From: Elusimicrobia bacterium GWB2_63_22
Lineage (GTDB): Bacteria; Elusimicrobiota; Elusimicrobia; Elusimicrobiales; UBA9959
NCBI GenBank assembly: GCA_001799735.1
Contig: MGUA01000001.1
Coordinates: 30,554-94,553 of the forward strand
Direction: 5' to 3'
DNA length: 64,000 bases
A program made the translations under genes and the position numbers. Positions 9,077 to 17,510 of the stretch are shown piece by piece. The notes under the pieces were generated by a model. That model ran no database searches. It saw nothing but the letters and a program-made list of their open reading frames with translations, and was not told where the DNA came from. How positions within the stretch are numbered: position 1 is the first letter of the stretch; every line of letters begins with the position of its first letter.

Positions 9077-10444
9077 TCACTTCACGCTCATGGTAAAAAG
9101 CACGCGCATGTTGGACTTGGCCGCGGCCGAGTTTATCTTGCCGGGATTAGACTCATAAGTTTCGGGGCGCCTCTCGCCGTAGCCTACGGCGGTGATCCTT
9201 TCCGGCGCGATGCCTTCCGCGATCAGGAACCTGGAAACCGCTATCGCCCTTCTCTCGCTTAACTGCTGGTTATACTCTTCGGTGCCCTGCATCGAGGTAA
9301 AGCCTGCGACGCGCACCGTGGCCTTCGGATTGTCCTTGAGCACCTGGATATTTTTCCTGAGCGCCCGCATCCCGCCCGGCTTAAGCTCCGACTTGTCGAA
9401 GTCGAAATGTGAATCCTTGAGGACGAGTTCCCTGACCACCGGCGCAGGCGCCTGTGCGGCATCCTTGGCCTTTTCCGGGCAATTAAACTTAACGGTCAGG
9501 CTGAGGCGGTGGGAGGAGCCCAGCTCGCCGGCGGATACCAGGGCGTAGTCCAGGGCCATGGAGCGGCTAAAGGTATAGCCCAGACCCATGCTCAACCCGT
9601 CCATGCCGTCCAGCTGGGGATTGGGGAAGTTAACCTGGTAGCCGCCCCGGAGGGCCAGGATACCGGCTTTCTTTTCGATATCCCCGACCAGGTATTCGGC
9701 GCCCAGTTGGACGCGGTCCATGTCGCCGTTCTGCAGCTCCCCTGAAGCCGCCAGGAGCAGCCGCTTGTCCAGGGTCCAGGCCGCGCCCAGGCGCAGGCCC
9801 GAAGCCAGTCCGCTGCCGCCTATCTTGCTGCCTAAATTAACGTTGGAATAGGTAAGGCCCAGGTCCAGGTTAGGGAACAAGGCATACAATACGCCCAGGT
9901 CCGTGGTAAAAGCGTTGTAGCTCTTGAAGGCGAACCGCGACTGATTGCCTTTGAGCACTATACCGCCGGAAAAGCCGGGCAGCAATTCAATACCCCAGCC
10001 CAGGCTGCCGGAAAAATCCCCGGCCTGGTAGTCGCCGGTCGGGACTTCGTTGGCGTCCATGCCGCGGAAACTGCCATAGCTGACGTAGCCAAGAGAGGCT
10101 GCGATACCGCCCAAGGCCCCCCCTTTGCACTCGTCTTTAACTTCTCCCAGGGGCAGGCCGAAGATGACGGTCTCCTGTATAGTCTCGCCAAGGCCGGCAT
10201 TGTGATGAAGGCCGACTTCAGTGCAGCCAAGCCGGCTCAGGCCGGCCGGGTTCCAGAGCAGGGAAGCCGAACCCTGGGGCACCGCCACTACGGCCGAGCC
10301 CATGGCCATGGCCCTGGCCGTTCCCCCCGCCTGCTGCAGGGGCAAAGCTTTGGTGCCGGCCGCGTAATCGGTTTCCACGGCCGCCGCCGGCCCGCAGAGC
10401 AGGGCGGCGGAGACTAAACCTATGCCAATTGATAATATTTTCAT
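9077..10444 (-). CDS. PorV/PorQ-like beta-barrel fused to a C-terminal OmpA domain (paralog of 4391..5842)
   Basis: 455 aa with a signal peptide (..LLCGPAAA/VETDY). PorV-type signature GGTARAMAMGSAVVAVPQGSASLLWNPAGLSR. OmpA domain (..VRVAGFTSMQGTEEYNQQLSERRAIAVSRFL..SNMRVLF). It lies 19 nt downstream of the cargo gene and has a GGGAGAA SD. Confidence 0.8.
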   Translation of the reverse strand: MKILSIGIGLVSAALLCGPAAAVETDYAAGTKALPLQQAGGTARAMAMGSAVVAVPQGSASLLWNPAGLSRLGCTEVGLHHNAGLGETIQETVIFGLPLGEVKDECKGGALGGIAASLGYVSYGSFRGMDANEVPTGDYQAGDFSGSLGWGIELLPGFSGGIVLKGNQSRFAFKSYNAFTTDLGVLYALFPNLDLGLTYSNVNLGSKIGGSGLASGLRLGAAWTLDKRLLLAASGELQNGDMDRVQLGAEYLVGDIEKKAGILALRGGYQVNFPNPQLDGMDGLSMGLGYTFSRSMALDYALVSAGELGSSHRLSLTVKFNCPEKAKDAAQAPAPVVRELVLKDSHFDFDKSELKPGGMRALRKNIQVLKDNPKATVRVAGFTSMQGTEEYNQQLSERRAIAVSRFLIAEGIAPERITAVGYGERRPETYESNPGKINSAAAKSNMRVLFTMSVK

Positions 10445-10463
10445 TTAAATTCTCCCGTCGCTA

Positions 10464-12338
10464 TTAATGCTGCACCACGAACTTCTTAACGTTCGAAACA
10501 TTGGAGCCGCCGTTGTCATAGTTCCGCTCCAGGAGGTAGAGGTAGACTCCGGGCGCGAGCCTGCCGGTATTGAGCGGGGAGTGCTGGCTGCCCGCGATCT
10601 TGTACTCTTCCACTTTGGCCACCAGGTCGCCGATCACGTTATAGACCCGGATCTTGACCCTGCCGGCCGAGGCCATGCAGTACCTGAAGTTGCCGACGGC
10701 CCCTCTGGCCGGAGAAGGAAAGAAGTAGCCCGTCCCGCACAGGTCTTCCCCGGCGGCGAACGAGACCGGGGCGAACTTCGTGACAAAGGCGGTATTTGTG
10801 CCCGTGCCGCGGGTCTGCTGGAACCCGCCCGCCACCAGCGGGAAAGTCCCGGCGAGCGAGCCGGTATAGCCGGTGACATAAATATTCTTAAGGCTGTCCA
10901 GGGCGAGCCCCTGCCCTTTAGTCGGGCCGGTGCCGCCCAGCCAGGTAGAGAAAGCCAGGGGGCCGCCAGTATTGCTCAACACCGTCACGAACGCTTCCGG
11001 CGACCCGATGAAGGTGCTCTGCCCGGCTGCCGGGTTGGAGCCTACGCTGGGGAAGTCCCCGGAGGTAGTATGGCCGGCCACATAGGCGTTGAAAGAGCTG
11101 TCCACCGCGATCCCGGTCGCCCGGTCGTCGGTATTGCCGCCCAGGTAGGTAGCGTACACGCCGTCGCTGTGCCCGCCGCCGTTGCCCATGCGCAGCTTCA
11201 TCACGAAGGCGTCGGGACCGGTAGACATGGTAGTCCGCCCGCCGCCCAGGCCGGGAACGGTAGCGAAGACCGTAGAATTGTCCGGGAAGTCGGCGGAAAA
11301 GGTGTAACCCGTGAGATACACGTCGTTGAGGCTGTCCACCGCTATGGAGTTGCCCTGGTCGTCGTTGGCGCCGCCGATATAAGTCTTGTAGTCAAAGCTG
11401 GACCCGTCGGCCAGCAGCCTGGCCGCGAAAGCGTCGCCTTCGCCGCTGCCGCCGCCCCAGGTAGGCTTAAAAGCCCCCGCGATAGCGGCGTCGGCTAAAC
11501 CGTCCCCGGTGTTGCCGGTAACATAGGCCCTGCCCGAGCCGTCAACGGCTATTCCCCGCCCGTTGGCGAAGCCGGTGCAGCCTAAATAAGTTCCATACAC
11601 CTGCGCGCCGCCCGAGGTGAACTTCATGACGAAAGCCTGGGACGACACGCTGCGCGTGCCCGCGCAGGGAGAAGCGTCCGCAGTGGTAGGGAAAGTAGTA
11701 ATTAAAGCGTTATGAGGCGTATTATCTATAACGGACCCGGCGGTAGCCGTGCCCGTAACGTAAAGGTTCTCGCCCGAGTCTATGGCGATCCCGTTGCCGA
11801 CATCGTCCCCGTCAGCGCCGAACGTAACCCTGAAAGTGGTGGATTGGCCGTCGGCCGCGAAGCCCACAACGAAAGCGTTCAGGCCGGCCAGGACTCCGAC
11901 CGCGCCGGTCATCGGGGCAGAGGCCGGAATGTTCGCGCCGCCGCTGACCGAGCCGGTTATATAGGCCCTGCCAGAAGGGCCGTCCACGGCTATCCCGAGC
12001 CCGGTCTCCTCGGTAGCGCCGCCCAGGTAGGCAGACCAAACTATCGCGGTCCCGGCCGGGTTTATCTTGGTCACGAAGATGTCGTAACCGGCGTTCTTGG
12101 CCGCCTGTATGGGGCCTCCCACCGCGGACGGGAAATCAGGAGAATTTGTGGTCCCGGTCACGTAGGCGTTCTTATTGTCGTCTACGGCGATCGCAAAAGC
12201 CTGGTCCTCTGTAGCGCCGGCACCGCCCAGGAAGCTGGAGTAGGCGATACTCACCGCATGGGCCGGGCCGGTCAGGCCGGCTGTCAGGGTCAGCGCCGCT
12301 ATGGAGCGGCTCAGGAAAATTAACGGGGCAGATCTCAT
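10464..12338 (-). CDS. secreted SBBP beta-propeller-repeat protein with T9SS-type C-terminal sorting domain
   Basis: 624 aa with a signal peptide (..LTGPAHA/VSIAY). Many SBBP motifs (..NAYVTGTTNSPDFP.., ..DVYLTGYTFSADFP.., ..NAYVAGHTTSGDFP..). C-terminal domain YFFPSPARG..VKIRVYNVIGDLVAKV..LAPGVYLYLLE..KKFVVQH. Confidence 0.85.
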   Translation of the reverse strand: MRSAPLIFLSRSIAALTLTAGLTGPAHAVSIAYSSFLGGAGATEDQAFAIAVDDNKNAYVTGTTNSPDFPSAVGGPIQAAKNAGYDIFVTKINPAGTAIVWSAYLGGATEETGLGIAVDGPSGRAYITGSVSGGANIPASAPMTGAVGVLAGLNAFVVGFAADGQSTTFRVTFGADGDDVGNGIAIDSGENLYVTGTATAGSVIDNTPHNALITTFPTTADASPCAGTRSVSSQAFVMKFTSGGAQVYGTYLGCTGFANGRGIAVDGSGRAYVTGNTGDGLADAAIAGAFKPTWGGGSGEGDAFAARLLADGSSFDYKTYIGGANDDQGNSIAVDSLNDVYLTGYTFSADFPDNSTVFATVPGLGGGRTTMSTGPDAFVMKLRMGNGGGHSDGVYATYLGGNTDDRATGIAVDSSFNAYVAGHTTSGDFPSVGSNPAAGQSTFIGSPEAFVTVLSNTGGPLAFSTWLGGTGPTKGQGLALDSLKNIYVTGYTGSLAGTFPLVAGGFQQTRGTGTNTAFVTKFAPVSFAAGEDLCGTGYFFPSPARGAVGNFRYCMASAGRVKIRVYNVIGDLVAKVEEYKIAGSQHSPLNTGRLAPGVYLYLLERNYDNGGSNVSNVKKFVVQH

Positions 12339-12380
12339 TTTAGTTACCTCTTTATTGTTCGGCCTGGTTGGCGTGATTTA

Positions 12381-12447
12381 AGTATAGCCGCGACGCATGT
12401 ACGCTATCTATTAGGAATTCTGCCCGTCCCTCTCGGTAGTATTACGG
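12381..12447 (-). promoter_or_regulatory. conserved promoter/operator cassette, copy b
   Basis: Gene-strand sequence: CCGTAATACTACCGAGAGGGACGGGCAGAATTCCTAATAGATAGCGTACATGCGTCGCGGCTATACT. The -10 lies 43 nt upstream of the ATG at 12338. Confidence 0.7.
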
Positions 12448-12482
12448 AAAGCCAGTCGTTAACAGTCTTCTGTTCCCGTGGG

Positions 12483-14702
12483 TTAGACGCCGCTTAGCGA
12501 ACGCCCGATCTCGACCCAGAGCTTCACATAGTTGGGCGCTCCGGGGGTCGCCGTATTAACGGTAGTGCACATTAAAGTAATGGCCGCTCCTAAGCAAGCG
12601 GCGGACGCGGGAGGCGTCCAGGTCCCCGCCGCGCCGTTAAGCAGCAGCGTGTCGGGAGCGGCGGCGGCAGGGGTGGTGTCGCCAAAACTGATCCCGCCTA
12701 CCGTCCAGGCTGAAGCGACAAAGACCACCAGCTGCCCTTGCCCCACCGCGCCCGAACTGCAGCCGGTGATGGTAGTGACTATGGCGGTGCCGGAGAAGGT
12801 CAGCCCCACGACTCCCGACCCGTCGGCCGCGAAAGAGGTTTCGTTGGTGAGGACCACGGACTGGGACGCGTTAGCATAACCTTTTGCGGTAACAGCGGAG
12901 GTAAAGGTATTCAGCCCGGTAAAGGTCTGGTCGGCCGCCTTCAGGACATCCCCCGTATTCGCCTCTATATTCCCGTTCAATTTCTGGATAGCCTGCAGAA
13001 TCGAATCCGTCGCCGCCACTACCCCGGCGCCCGACACATAGCCGGTAAGCACCTTCGCTATTACAGGCGCGTTCGTAAGGGTGGTCGCGTTGCCTACCGA
13101 AGTAACGTCTCCGGTAAGGTTGGCGTTGGTGGTTACGGTGCCCGCATTGCCGCTGACGCTGCCGACGATGGCGCTGGAGAAGGTCTTTATCCCGCCGATG
13201 GTCTGGTCGCCTATTGTATAGACGCCGTTGGTAACTGTCCCGGCGTTGCCGCTGATGGCAGTCTGGTCGCCGGTGTTGGTGCCGGACAGATTAGCGACCG
13301 CGCCGTTGAACAGCATCGCATTGGTGATGGCGCCGTTGGCGATAGAGGTAGCGTTGCCTACGCTTGTCACCACGCCGGTAAGGTTGGCGTTGGTGGTTAC
13401 GGTGCCCGCATTGCCGCTGACGCTGCCGACTATGGGGCTCGAGAACGTTTTTATCCCGCCGATGGTCTGGTCGCCTATTGTATAGACGCCGTTGGTAACT
13501 GTCCCGGCGTTGCCGCTGATGGTAGTCTGGTCGCCGGTGTTGGTACCGGACAGATTAGCGACCGCCCCGTTGAACAGCATCGCATTGGTAATGGCGCCGT
13601 TGGCTATAGAGGTAGCGTTGCCTACGCTTGTCACCACGCCGGTAAGGTTGGCGTTGGTGGTTACGGTCGCAGCATTGCCGGTTATATTCACCTGGTCGCC
13701 GGTGTTGGTGCCGGACAGATTAGCGACCGCGCCGTTGAACAGCATCGCATTGGTAATGGCGCCGTTGGCGATAGAGGTAGCGTTGCCCACGCTTGTCACC
13801 ACGCCGGTAAGGTCGGCGTTAGTAGTCACGGTGCCCGCGTTGCCGCTGACGCTGCCGACGATGGCGCTGGAGAAGGTCTTTATCCCGCCTATGGTCTGGT
13901 CGCCCACGGTGTAGACGCCGTTGGTGACCGTCCCGGCATTGCCGCTTACTGCGGTCTGGTCGCCGGTGTTGGTGCCGGCCAGGTTCCCGGCGAAGATATT
14001 TCCGCTGAAGGTCGCCCCGGCCAGATTGGCCTTCAGGTTCAGCGCGGCCTGCTGCAGCGTGGACACCGGCTTATCGGCGTCCGAGGTGTTGTTCACGCTG
14101 CCGAGATTCAGCTGGCCCGCGGTAATACCGGTCAGCAGGGAGCCGTCGCCGCTCGCCGACAGCTTGCCGTTGAAAATGTTCCAGTCTACGGAGGTAAGAT
14201 AGCCATCCGAAGCCGCGCCAGCCGCCGGCTTACTGGTGATCGAGGCCCAAGCGGCGCCCTGCGCCCAGGCGGCGGTGCCGCTGTTCACGGAGTAAGCCGC
14301 TGTGGCGCTATTGAGAGAGTATAAGGAGTAAGCCGAAGAAACCACCCGGTAGCGGGGCAGCATTTCGCTGTCGGCCCCGACCGTCACCCCCAGCCAATAG
14401 GCGTTCGAGAAGGGTATCCCGAACGGAGTGACGAGTCCCAGCATGACGCTGTAAATACCGTCACTGTCCGGAGTAACGTTCTGGGTTTCAGACCAAAGGG
14501 ACGCGCCGCCCGAGGCGGCCGCATAGAACTTGAACACCATCGGGACGGAACCGGTGATCGCGGTGCCGGCCGGGTCGGTAAGCTTTCCCTGGAAATTTAT
14601 CAGTTCCGGCACAGCCGCCAGCGCCGGCGTTGCCCCGCCAGCTAAAAGCAGCAGCACGGCCAGCGCCGCGCCTGAAGATATTGTTTTTATATTGCTTTTC
14701 AT
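12483..14702 (-). CDS. secreted tail-fibre-like / adhesin-like repeat protein
   Basis: 739 aa with a signal peptide (..GGATPALA/AVPE). N-terminal ELINFQGKLTDPAGTAITG.. head, as in many fibre-like proteins. Central near-identical A/B repeats (see repeat feature). No T9SS-type CTD. Last gene of the PorV operon. Confidence 0.7.
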   Translation of the reverse strand: MKSNIKTISSGAALAVLLLLAGGATPALAAVPELINFQGKLTDPAGTAITGSVPMVFKFYAAASGGASLWSETQNVTPDSDGIYSVMLGLVTPFGIPFSNAYWLGVTVGADSEMLPRYRVVSSAYSLYSLNSATAAYSVNSGTAAWAQGAAWASITSKPAAGAASDGYLTSVDWNIFNGKLSASGDGSLLTGITAGQLNLGSVNNTSDADKPVSTLQQAALNLKANLAGATFSGNIFAGNLAGTNTGDQTAVSGNAGTVTNGVYTVGDQTIGGIKTFSSAIVGSVSGNAGTVTTNADLTGVVTSVGNATSIANGAITNAMLFNGAVANLSGTNTGDQVNITGNAATVTTNANLTGVVTSVGNATSIANGAITNAMLFNGAVANLSGTNTGDQTTISGNAGTVTNGVYTIGDQTIGGIKTFSSPIVGSVSGNAGTVTTNANLTGVVTSVGNATSIANGAITNAMLFNGAVANLSGTNTGDQTAISGNAGTVTNGVYTIGDQTIGGIKTFSSAIVGSVSGNAGTVTTNANLTGDVTSVGNATTLTNAPVIAKVLTGYVSGAGVVAATDSILQAIQKLNGNIEANTGDVLKAADQTFTGLNTFTSAVTAKGYANASQSVVLTNETSFAADGSGVVGLTFSGTAIVTTITGCSSGAVGQGQLVVFVASAWTVGGISFGDTTPAAAAPDTLLLNGAAGTWTPPASAACLGAAITLMCTTVNTATPGAPNYVKLWVEIGRSLSGV
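13075..13985 (-). repeat. in-frame tandem coding repeats (33-aa A unit + 55-aa B unit; 165/264-nt periodicity)
   Basis: The protein reads A-B-B-A-B-A-B(partial). A = SGNAGTVTNGVYT(V/I)GDQTIGGIKTFSS(A/P)IVGSV. B = SGNAGTVTTNA(D/N)LTG(V/D)VTSVGNATSIANGAITNAMLFNGAVANLSGTNTGDQT. Antisense-frame ORFs restart identically at 13228, 13492 and 13921, giving offsets of 264 and 429 (= 264+165) nt. Confidence 0.85.
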
Positions 14703-14730
14703 AAACTGCCTCCGCTTTATCCCGTTAAAA

Positions 14731-15678
14731 CTATTCCGCGCCCGGCACTCCGAACTCTATCCCCAGCGAGATCCGGTTAACGCTCCCCAGGTCGGTAAAA
14801 GAATTCCACGCGTAATCGATCCGGCAATCTTTCCATTTAAGGCCCAGCCCGGCGGTCAGGCCCGAAAGCGCGCCCAGTTCCTTGATTGTGTCGTCCTTAT
14901 AACCGGCCCGCGCCGCCACTACCACCGTTCCGAACGCGCGGGCGTACTCGGCCCCGGCGTGGATATTGATCTCCCTCTCCGTGTAGTTAAGATCGGACAC
15001 GACCAGCAGATTTTTATGCAGCTGCAGGGCGCCCCCCGCGCGAACCGTCACCGGCAGGGGATCCTCCTCCGCCACGTAACCGGCGTTCGTGCCGAGATTC
15101 TGCACCGACAGCCCCAGGCCCAGCCGGCGGCCCCACGGCTTAAAACCGCTGTAGAGAGCGCCGATGTCGGCGGCAAAGGAATGCGCGGACTCCTCTTCGA
15201 TGCGCGAGGAGATGAATTTAAGATTCGCGCCCAGCGCCAGCCTGTCAAAGCCGCGGGCATAGGAAACCAGCCCCATCACCTCCGACATGTCATAGCTATC
15301 CGAGAGGCGCAGGCCGGTGTTATCGGCTTTCTGGATATCTCCCGTGTTAAGAACGTTGAACGCCGCGCCTACGGTGCCGCCCTTCAGGGGCTGGGCGCAA
15401 GCCAGGTTGGAATAAGTAATATCCCCGAACCACTGGGCGTGCGTTACGGATAATTCCCGGCGGGCCAGGCTGGCCAGGCCGGCAGGATTCCAATAGACAG
15501 AGTTAACGTCGCCGGCCACGCCCGCAAAAGCCTCGCCCATAGCCGCCGGCCGCGCGCCTACGCCCAGCTGCAGGAACTGGAACGCGCTCGTGCCCAGCGC
15601 GCTCTGCGCCGCAGCCGGGCAGGGAGAGCACAGCAGCCCCAGGGCCGCCGCCGTCAGGATCTTTCTTGGAGTCGTCAT
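14731..15678 (-). CDS. PorV/PorQ family outer-membrane beta-barrel protein (stand-alone)
   Basis: Start moved to the ATG at 15678 (MTTPRKILTAAALGLLCSPCPAAA/QSALG), which overlaps the upstream stop as ATGA. Signature SAFQFLQLGVGARPAAMGEAFAGVAGDVNSVYWNPAGLASL. 315 aa. Confidence 0.8.
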   Translation of the reverse strand: MTTPRKILTAAALGLLCSPCPAAAQSALGTSAFQFLQLGVGARPAAMGEAFAGVAGDVNSVYWNPAGLASLARRELSVTHAQWFGDITYSNLACAQPLKGGTVGAAFNVLNTGDIQKADNTGLRLSDSYDMSEVMGLVSYARGFDRLALGANLKFISSRIEEESAHSFAADIGALYSGFKPWGRRLGLGLSVQNLGTNAGYVAEEDPLPVTVRAGGALQLHKNLLVVSDLNYTEREINIHAGAEYARAFGTVVVAARAGYKDDTIKELGALSGLTAGLGLKWKDCRIDYAWNSFTDLGSVNRISLGIEFGVPGAE

Positions 15679-16259
15679 CTTATCACCGCGAATTTGCCTT
15701 TCGCCTTGCTGCCGTCGGGCGAGGTCATGAAATAAAGGTAAACACCGCTCGCCAGTTTCTGCCCGTCGCCATTCGTCACGTTCCATTCGTAATAGTCGAC
15801 CGCGCTGTCGGTCTTGTGCAGCTCGGCCACCCGGCGGCCGGTTATCGCGAAAATTGTGATCCTGGTTTGCGCCGGCAGGTGCTTAAAGGTCATCCGGGCG
15901 GCCTGGAAGCCGCCCGGGCTGTTAGGCTTGAAGGGATTGGGGTAGACGTAGGCGTCGTTCAGATTGGGCGCCGAAAGCGACGGCGCCGCCGCGGGCAGCG
16001 TTGCGAAGGCTCCCGAAATAACATAGTTTGCGCTTTGCGCTCTGCCGGACGCGGCCTGCCCCAGCACCCCGGTCCGCACCTGGTAGCCCGGCGAAACCGT
16101 GCTGGCGCCCCCGTTTACCACCGCGGGCCTGGAAAGGCTGTACTGGGAACTTACCATCACGCCGGCGCCGACCAGCGAGCCGGTCAGCAGGACCACAGCC
16201 GCCGACAGCCGGCTGCCCCGCAGCAGCGGCCTGGTTTTAGGTTCGGAGATACCTGTCAT
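15675..16259 (-). CDS. small protein consisting of a signal anchor plus a T9SS-type C-terminal sorting domain
   Basis: 194 aa. N-terminal anchor (RLSAAVVLLTGSLVGAGVMV). C-terminal domain AYVYPNPFKPNSPGG..ITIFAITGRRVAEL..WNVTNGDGQKLASGVYLYFM..GKFAVIR. The ATG lies 6 nt after the TATACT of cassette c, so the mRNA is possibly leaderless. Confidence 0.7.
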   Translation of the reverse strand: MTGISEPKTRPLLRGSRLSAAVVLLTGSLVGAGVMVSSQYSLSRPAVVNGGASTVSPGYQVRTGVLGQAASGRAQSANYVISGAFATLPAAAPSLSAPNLNDAYVYPNPFKPNSPGGFQAARMTFKHLPAQTRITIFAITGRRVAELHKTDSAVDYYEWNVTNGDGQKLASGVYLYFMTSPDGSKAKGKFAVIR

Positions 16260-16265
16260 GGAACA

Positions 16266-16331
16266 AGTATAGCCCCTGCCAGAAACGGTATCTATTCGGA
16301 ATTATGCCCTGCGGGCTAGGTACTATTACGG
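16266..16331 (-). promoter_or_regulatory. conserved promoter/operator cassette, copy c
   Basis: Gene-strand sequence: CCGTAATAGTACCTAGCCCGCAGGGCATAATTCCGAATAGATACCGTTTCTGGCAGGGGCTATACT, followed by TGTTCC and then the ATG at 16259. Confidence 0.7.
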
Positions 16332-16445
16332 AAAACCGGATAATACCTATAACCCCGCGTACAACTCCGCATAGCGGCGGGCCGCCCTTAAGAGTAAGGT
16401 ATATAGAGAACAAACCGGGGCAAGAACCCCGAACCAAGGAGACCT

Positions 16446-16901
16446 ATGATGAAAATACTGTTAACTTTAGTTTGCCTGCTCGCCGCGGGCTTAAACCCGG
16501 CGGCGGCCCAGACTTCGGGAGCCATCGGGGCCGGCGTGGTCGTCGGAAATCCGACCGGGCTCACCGCCAAGTTCTGGCTCAGCGAAGGGCACGCCCTGGA
16601 TCTCGGTCTGGGGTTCAGCGAACACGTCTCCATCTACGGCGACTACCTGTGGCACAGCTGGAGCGCGCTCCCGCAGCCCGCGGAAGGCAGGCTTCCCGGT
16701 TACCTGGGCCTGGGCGTCCAGATAGGGGATTCTTCCCGCCACGACAGCGGCCTGGGGCTGCGCGCGGTCGCGGGCCTGGCCTACTGGCTGCCGCGCAATC
16801 CCGTGGAGATCTTCCTGGAGGCGGTCCCGGTGCTTGAGTTGTCCGACGATACCGGCCTGCACCTGAGCGCCGCCCTTGGCGTGAGGTACTATTTCAAATG
16901 A
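16446..16901 (+). CDS. small outer-membrane beta-barrel protein
   Basis: 151 aa. AAGGAG SD. Signal peptide (MMKILLTLVCLLAAGLNPAAA/QTS). Gly/aromatic beta-strand pattern ending ..LGVRYYFK. Confidence 0.7.
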   Translation: MMKILLTLVCLLAAGLNPAAAQTSGAIGAGVVVGNPTGLTAKFWLSEGHALDLGLGFSEHVSIYGDYLWHSWSALPQPAEGRLPGYLGLGVQIGDSSRHDSGLGLRAVAGLAYWLPRNPVEIFLEAVPVLELSDDTGLHLSAALGVRYYFK

Positions 16902-17497
16902 CGCCCTGGAAGTTCTCCATCCTGGCCGCGCTGGCCGCGCTGTCTTTAGCCGGCTGCGAGAGCCTGTCTAAACTCAGGCCGTCCGCCGCCCCTCCCCCTG
17001 CCCCGGCAGCTGCGGGGCAGGCGGCCGAAGTTAAAAGCGGGGCCGTGGCGAAGAAAGACTCCCGGCCGCTTTTCGTGATCGGCAGGAACAAGAACGCCAA
17101 CGTGATCCATTACGAAGCCAACCTGGATCCCGACGGCGAACTGAACCCCAAATGGCCTGTGATCGCGTACTGGGTGCTGCATGCCGAGGACGGCCGCCGG
17201 AAGAAGCTTAACTGGCTGGAAAAAAAGAAAGCCTACGGCATAAAGATAAAGCCCGCCTCCTCGCGGGACGGCTACACGCTGACCCTGGCGGCCGCCCCCT
17301 GGATGCCCATGGCCGTAAGGAAAGCCGGCGACGCCGTGCACGTAGAGGCCAAGATCAACGGCCGCACGGCCGTTCTGGAAAAGATGTTCATCCAGGCCCG
17401 CGATAAACTACTGGGCCCGAAAGTGGAATATATCGAACTCTTCGGCAAGGACCTCCTGACGGGGCAAGCCTGCAGCGAGAAGATACTGCCGCGGTAA
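16898..17497 (+). CDS. lipoprotein, DUF4833-like
   Basis: 199 aa. Start overlaps the upstream stop (ATGA). Lipobox LSLAG/C. The core [57 protein letters not shown] resembles DUF4833 proteins; this is recalled from memory, not searched. Confidence 0.6.
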   Translation: MTPWKFSILAALAALSLAGCESLSKLRPSAAPPPAPAAAGQAAEVKSGAVAKKDSRPLFVIGRNKNANVIHYEANLDPDGELNPKWPVIAYWVLHAEDGRRKKLNWLEKKKAYGIKIKPASSRDGYTLTLAAAPWMPMAVRKAGDAVHVEAKINGRTAVLEKMFIQARDKLLGPKVEYIELFGKDLLTGQACSEKILPR

Positions 17498-17510
17498 CTA
17501 CGGGGGAGAT

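Noticed and set aside
13075-13985. Regularly spaced DNA repeats that could be mistaken for a CRISPR-like or satellite array
   Set aside because: The periodicity is 165/264 nt and in frame. The units are contiguous without unique spacers, and they translate into a coherent repeat protein. No cas genes or short 25-40-nt repeats are present.
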